Positions 59,722 through 64,000 of a stretch of 64,000 nucleotides of DNA are shown piece by piece; positions within the stretch are counted from its first letter, which is position 1, and each line of letters starts with the position of its first letter. The position numbers and the translations under genes are program-made. The stretch covers positions 139,847 through 203,846 of the forward strand of contig CAZXLF010000005.1 of NCBI GenBank assembly GCA_964642015.1, given 5' to 3'. The notes beneath the pieces were generated by a model. The model was not told where the DNA came from. It was given only the letters and a program-made list of their open reading frames with translations, and made no database searches. The DNA is from an uncultured Planctomycetia bacterium (GTDB lineage: Bacteria > Omnitrophota > Gorgyraeia > 2-02-FULL-51-18).

Positions 59722-60843
59722 ATGAAACTATCCGCTTCAAATCCCAAACCTTGGGTACTAATGAATCCGGGTCCAGTGAATGTCACCCCGCGCGTGCGCA
59801 GGGCCTTGCTCAGTCCTGATATTTGTCATCGGGAAAAAGAATTTTCTCTTCTACTCAAAGAAATAAGGGGGAAAATTTTAAAAATATTCAATATTTCCGG
59901 CACTCATACCGTCGCGCTTTTTTCTGGTTCAGGAACGACAGCGCTTGAAGCGATGCTGTCCTCTGTCGCCGGTAAAGATCAAAAGATCCTCGTGCTTTCC
60001 AACGGAGTCTATGGCGAGAGGATCCGGACGATCCTTGAGATCCATGGCTCTTCGATCGACGTTCTTTCAAGCGAGATCGGCGATTTCCCGCAATTCGAAA
60101 AGATCGAGTCGCTGCTGAAGAACGATCCTTCGATCCGCGGCATCGCGATGGTGCATCATGAAACCTCGACCGGCATGCTGAATCCCATCGAAAAAGTGGG
60201 CAGGATTGCCAAAAAATATAAAAAAATCTTTCTCGTGGACGCGATCAGTTCTTTAGGCGCCGAAACTATCGACTTCAGGAAATGTTCCATCGATTATTGC
60301 GCCGGAACCGCGGGAAAATGCCTTCATGGATTCCCGGGTGTCTCATTCGTGATCCTTTCCAAAAAAGAAGCGTCGAAATTAAAGGATCAAAAACCGAAAT
60401 CACTTTACCTTGATCTATTCAACACTCTTGAATATGAAGAAAAGAACGACACACCTTTCACTCCGGCGGTGCAATTGTTCTACGCTTTCAAAGAAGCGCT
60501 GGATGAATTGAAAAAAGAAGGATTAAAGAGCCGTATCCAAAACTATGCCAAAAAAAGCGCCATTCTCGAGCAGGGTTTTATCGACCTGGGTTTGAGTTTT
60601 TTGATCGACAAAGAACACCGGTCGCATGTTCTGACGGCGCTTTGGACACCGCAAAACGTCTCGTATGACACACTGCATGACCGTTTGAAAAAAAGCGGTT
60701 TTGTTATCTATGCGGGCCAATCCAAATTGAAAAACAAGATATTCCGTGTATCAAATCTAGGCGATATTTCAGTTAAAGACCTTCACCGGTTCATTTCCAA
60801 ATTGCGCAGAATTTTATCCGGACATGCCAGAAACAGAAAATAA
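59722..60843 (+). CDS. phnW: class V aminotransferase, AGXT/PhnW family (possible 2-aminoethylphosphonate--pyruvate transaminase)
   Basis: 373 aa PLP fold-type I class V enzyme (MVHHETSTGMLNP, SGSGTTALEAM); gene context with an LicC-like NTase and a CDP-alcohol transferase; symbol tentative. Confidence 0.6.
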   Translation: MKLSASNPKPWVLMNPGPVNVTPRVRRALLSPDICHREKEFSLLLKEIRGKILKIFNISGTHTVALFSGSGTTALEAMLSSVAGKDQKILVLSNGVYGERIRTILEIHGSSIDVLSSEIGDFPQFEKIESLLKNDPSIRGIAMVHHETSTGMLNPIEKVGRIAKKYKKIFLVDAISSLGAETIDFRKCSIDYCAGTAGKCLHGFPGVSFVILSKKEASKLKDQKPKSLYLDLFNTLEYEEKNDTPFTPAVQLFYAFKEALDELKKEGLKSRIQNYAKKSAILEQGFIDLGLSFLIDKEHRSHVLTALWTPQNVSYDTLHDRLKKSGFVIYAGQSKLKNKIFRVSNLGDISVKDLHRFISKLRRILSGHARNRK

Positions 60844-60895
60844 CACGGCTTTCAAGCCGAACCGCATCCTTTCCGGCTTCCTCACTCCTCTTTTT

Positions 60896-61504
60896 ATGCG
60901 TACCCCGATCACACCGAATCAGATCACGTCCATGAGTCTCGGCACCGGGATCATCGCAGGTTTTTTCTTTTCAAACGGAAGTTATCTCTCATCGGTCGCT
61001 GGGGCTCTAACGTTCCAATTATCCAATATCCTCGATAATTGTGACGGCGATATCGCCAGGGCCAAGAATATGAAAAGCGTTTTCGGCGGATGGTACGATA
61101 TCGTATCGGACCTTTTGACAGATATCTGTTTATTCGGAGGTATCGCAGCAGGTTTATTAAACACCAAATCATCGGGCCCTGTTGTATTGGCCTGTACCTT
61201 ATGTATCAGCGGAAGTTTTTTTCATTACCTGATCGTCGTCATGGAAAAAATAAAAGGTTTCGGGCCCGCTGTTTTTGCGCAACCGCATCCCGAAGGAGTA
61301 AAACGGAAGAGTTTTCTCTATAAAATAAAGGAGGCGCTTAGCGAAGGTGAGGCATCCTGGCTTGTTTTGATATTCTCCGTATGCCACCAAATACAGTTCA
61401 TCCTGTGGTTCGGCACGATATATATGCAGATCATCTGGATCAGCGAGCTTTTCATGAATTTCAGATGGATCTTCTTTCCGGTCCCTGAAAGAAAAATCCA
61501 ATGA
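60896..61504 (+). CDS. CDP-alcohol phosphatidyltransferase family protein
   Basis: DNCDGDIARAKNMKSVFGGWYDIVSD matches D-G-x2-A-R-x8-G-x3-D-x3-D; start likely MRTPITPNQIT (the track ORF begins 24 codons earlier and overlaps phnW). Confidence 0.75.
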   Translation: MRTPITPNQITSMSLGTGIIAGFFFSNGSYLSSVAGALTFQLSNILDNCDGDIARAKNMKSVFGGWYDIVSDLLTDICLFGGIAAGLLNTKSSGPVVLACTLCISGSFFHYLIVVMEKIKGFGPAVFAQPHPEGVKRKSFLYKIKEALSEGEASWLVLIFSVCHQIQFILWFGTIYMQIIWISELFMNFRWIFFPVPERKIQ

Positions 61505-62493
61505 AGATCATTAAATTTCTTTTATTGGCTATCGGCTTCTACATTCTCTACATCACCATCAGAGCCGTCGGCATAGAACACATCCTTTCCAATATCGTCG
61601 CGCTCCGCTGGAAATTGTTACCGCTTCTTTTTATTTATTCATTTATTTTCTTTTTTGACACGATCGGTTGGAGTTTTGCTTTTCCGAAGAGTTTGCCCCG
61701 ACATATTCCCTTTTGGGACCTTTATCGCATCCGTATCGTCGGAGAAACTTTGAATGCCGTGATTCCCTGGGCCGCATCACTGGGAGGCGAACCGGTCAAA
61801 ACACAGCTTTTAAAAACAAGATACAACGTTCCGCTCGCGGAAGGTTATGCCTCGATATTGATCGTCCACACGACATTCTGGATCTCACTGAATATCTTCA
61901 TCATAGGAGCGATCCTCGCAACACTGCGAGCGATGCCTTTGACTCCTGTGCTTTGGCAAAGCGTAATGATCTTTCTTTTCGTTCTCGGGATCATAGCAGC
62001 GCTTCTTGTGATCGGGTTGCATTTCGGCATCTTCAAGAAAGTGCACCGCGTCGGGGAGTCGCTCAAATGGTGGGGTGACAAATCCGAAGAGAAGAAACAT
62101 AGATTTCTCCAACTTGACAGCGAGATAAAAAAATTTTATACCTCGGACCCGCGCCGTTTTCTCGCATCGATATTTTTCAACTTCATCGGTTGGTTCGTCG
62201 GTGTCTTTGAAGTTTATTGGATCGCAAAGATCCTGCATATTCCCATCAATTTCGCCGAAGCATGGCTTTTTGAGGCGCTTATTCAAGTCTTAAGGATCAT
62301 CACGTTCATTATCCCCTCTAGTATCGGCACGCAGGAAGGCGGTATTGTGCTGATCTTCGTTCAATTCGGCCTCGACAAATCGCTTGGTCTCATGTTCGCG
62401 ATCGTACGGCGCATGCGAGAGATCGTGTGGCTGAGCTTCGGTCTTCTTTTGTGGTTCATGATCGAAGACCGGCCGAAATTAAAAAAATCATGA
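61501..62493 (+). CDS. MprF-type flippase-like TM-domain protein (LPG_synthase_TM / UPF0104)
   Basis: 330 aa, about 8 TM helices; N-terminus and topology typical of the family; ATGA overlap with the upstream gene. Confidence 0.6.
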   Translation: MKIIKFLLLAIGFYILYITIRAVGIEHILSNIVALRWKLLPLLFIYSFIFFFDTIGWSFAFPKSLPRHIPFWDLYRIRIVGETLNAVIPWAASLGGEPVKTQLLKTRYNVPLAEGYASILIVHTTFWISLNIFIIGAILATLRAMPLTPVLWQSVMIFLFVLGIIAALLVIGLHFGIFKKVHRVGESLKWWGDKSEEKKHRFLQLDSEIKKFYTSDPRRFLASIFFNFIGWFVGVFEVYWIAKILHIPINFAEAWLFEALIQVLRIITFIIPSSIGTQEGGIVLIFVQFGLDKSLGLMFAIVRRMREIVWLSFGLLLWFMIEDRPKLKKS

Positions 62494-63212
62494 AAGCCAT
62501 CCTTTTAGCGGCCGGCGTCGGCAAACGCTTCGGCAGAGAAACAGAAGCTCTTCCTAAATGCCTGATCTCTCTCGGCGAACGCCGCGGAAATCTGATGTCG
62601 CGTTATTTTGAATCGTTCAGAAAACTCGGTTTAAAAAAGATCGTGATCGTCTGCGGACACAAAATAGAAAAGATCAAAGAAGAATGCAAAAGATCGGGAC
62701 AAGGACTTGATATTAAGTTGATCTATAACAAGCAATACAAAAAAGGCAGTATCCTCTCACTTCACAGCGCTTCGAAAGAGCTCAATGAAAACTGTCTGGT
62801 CATGGATGCTGATGTCTATTTTCCGAGCGAAGCACTGAAAAAACTTGTTCGCTCGAAGAAAAAGGATGCTTTCCTTGCCGACACGCGGGTCAAAAGTACC
62901 GGCGAAGAACAAATGCTAATGACGAGAAACGGGCGTTTGGTTTTGATCTCAAAAAAGATCGATCCCAAACTCAAGATCATCGGTGAATCGATAGGATTTC
63001 TGAAATTAAGCAAAAAAAGTGCCTTTTACCTTAAAAATATCCTGAAAGAATTCGTCAAAAAAGGAAGGGTCAACATCGAACACGAGGAAACATATCCTGT
63101 GTTGATGCAAAAAGTCAGGATCGGTTTTGAGAATATGAACGGATTTTTCTGGAGCGAGATCGATTTTAAAGAAGATCTGGAAAAGATCTTGAAATACACA
63201 AGCAAAAATTAG
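62490..63212 (+). CDS. LicC/PntC-like sugar-phosphate (or phosphonate) cytidylyltransferase
   Basis: MKAILLAAGVGKRFG NTP-transferase P-loop; collinear with LicC choline-phosphate cytidylyltransferase; ATGA overlap with the upstream gene. Confidence 0.7.
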   Translation: MKAILLAAGVGKRFGRETEALPKCLISLGERRGNLMSRYFESFRKLGLKKIVIVCGHKIEKIKEECKRSGQGLDIKLIYNKQYKKGSILSLHSASKELNENCLVMDADVYFPSEALKKLVRSKKKDAFLADTRVKSTGEEQMLMTRNGRLVLISKKIDPKLKIIGESIGFLKLSKKSAFYLKNILKEFVKKGRVNIEHEETYPVLMQKVRIGFENMNGFFWSEIDFKEDLEKILKYTSKN

Positions 63213-64000
63213 AATTTTCTGCGATCTAAAATGCGTTTGAGTTTCCTGTCCGTCCTGAGAGTCCCTTTGGGGTGCACTTTCGCATCGATCTTCACATAAC
63301 CTGATTCATAAAACTTCCAATTCTCAGGAAGCTCCTTTTTTATCTTCAAATGAACTTTTTCTTTAAGTTCCGCTTCATTCAAACTCCCGTTCTTCGTTTC
63401 GACATTGAAAGTAATAAGGTCCTTGTTCCCTTCTTTATCCACCGTGATCTGCCAGTCTTCAGTAATACCGTCCATCCCTTTAAATAACGGCTCAAACATC
63501 CACGGCGCGATATTGCCCATTGCGGTCGCCATCCATTCATCGACCCGGCCTTTTAATTTTTCAATGCGTCGGCCCGGCAGGCCGCTTTTGGAAGGTGTGT
63601 CAATGAAACGCGTGATGTCACCGGAGCGGTAACGCACAAGCGGCATCACGCGCCGGTTCAGCGTCGTATAAACGAGTTCTCCGTAACCATCCTTATCCGG
63701 GTTGATGATCTCAAAATAATTATGAAATTCATTCAAATGATATCCTTCCTTGCCGCGTGATTCGATACCGATCGCTCCAAACGCCTCCGTCTGGCCGTAG
63801 CTTAAAATAAGGTCTGTTTTCCAGACATGTTCCACAAATCGCCGTGTTTCCTCAGTGAGATTTTCTCCGCCGGCGATGATAAGCTTGAGAGGCCAGGGTC
63901 CTTTTTTCTGGACGATCTCCGAAAGCCGCACGATCCACGATGGATCTCCGACGATCACTGTAATGCCGTAATCCTTCAGACGATCGTAAAACTCCTCCGG
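63209..64000 (-). CDS. adenylate-forming enzyme, phenylacetate-CoA ligase (PaaK)/F390-synthetase-like; 5' end runs off the window
   Basis: C-terminal PaaK-like region (LSYGQTEAFG, GDITRF); reading frame stays open to position 64000. Confidence 0.6.
   Translation of the reverse strand, partial: PEEFYDRLKDYGITVIVGDPSWIVRLSEIVQKKGPWPLKLIIAGGENLTEETRRFVEHVWKTDLILSYGQTEAFGAIGIESRGKEGYHLNEFHNYFEIINPDKDGYGELVYTTLNRRVMPLVRYRSGDITRFIDTPSKSGLPGRRIEKLKGRVDEWMATAMGNIAPWMFEPLFKGMDGITEDWQITVDKEGNKDLITFNVETKNGSLNEAELKEKVHLKIKKELPENWKFYESGYVKIDAKVHPKGTLRTDRKLKRILDRRKF

Overview
This 64 kb window looks like part of the chromosome of an uncultured Gram-negative bacterium (GC roughly mid-40s, LPS-type lpxL present). 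It is densely coding, and almost every gene lies on the minus strand. In order of coordinates it contains: (i) a purine operon purB-purS-purQ-purL-orf94-purF-purM; (ii) a lipid A late acyltransferase and an agmatine-to-putrescine pair (aguA/aguB), a TPR protein, HemW, and a SWIB-domain gene on the plus strand; (iii) a DEAD-box helicase next to tRNA-Val plus a degenerate tRNA-like copy; (iv) an ECF sigma / anti-sigma module headed by a secreted 23-aa-repeat protein; (v) a tightly packed nine-gene operon (BON, DsbA-like, MauE/DoxX-like, prenyltransferase-repeat toroid protein, Rieske ferredoxin, a signal-peptide-bearing Memo-AMMECR1 fusion, YgfZ-like folate protein, FIST sensor, pterin-4a-carbinolamine dehydratase) that I consider the best candidate for an undescribed system; (vi) an envelope operon htpX-MFS-ferredoxin/MBL-thioredoxin with two paralogous PHB-depolymerase-family esterases flanking lipoproteins; (vii) tRNA-Asp and a complete F1Fo ATP synthase operon (atpZ-atpI-atpBEFHAGDC) followed by a periplasmic Hsp20; (viii) a complete pyrimidine operon with a PyrR-binding attenuator (pyrR-pyrB-pyrC-carA-carB-pyrK-pyrD-pyrF ... 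pyrE) that has an ACT protein, an RGG-rich small protein and an IGHMBP2/Upf1-like SF1 helicase embedded before pyrE; (ix) a GT39 glycosyltransferase, a YqjD/YqjE-like stress pair, an orphan YopX gene, rsmI and glmS; and (x) a plus-strand operon uppP, class V aminotransferase (PhnW-like), CDP-alcohol phosphatidyltransferase, MprF-type flippase-like TM protein and LicC-like nucleotidyltransferase, consistent with aminoethylphosphonate head-group tailoring. No CRISPR array, integrase or transposase was seen. All calls rest on reading motifs in the supplied translations and the DNA; no database search was run.
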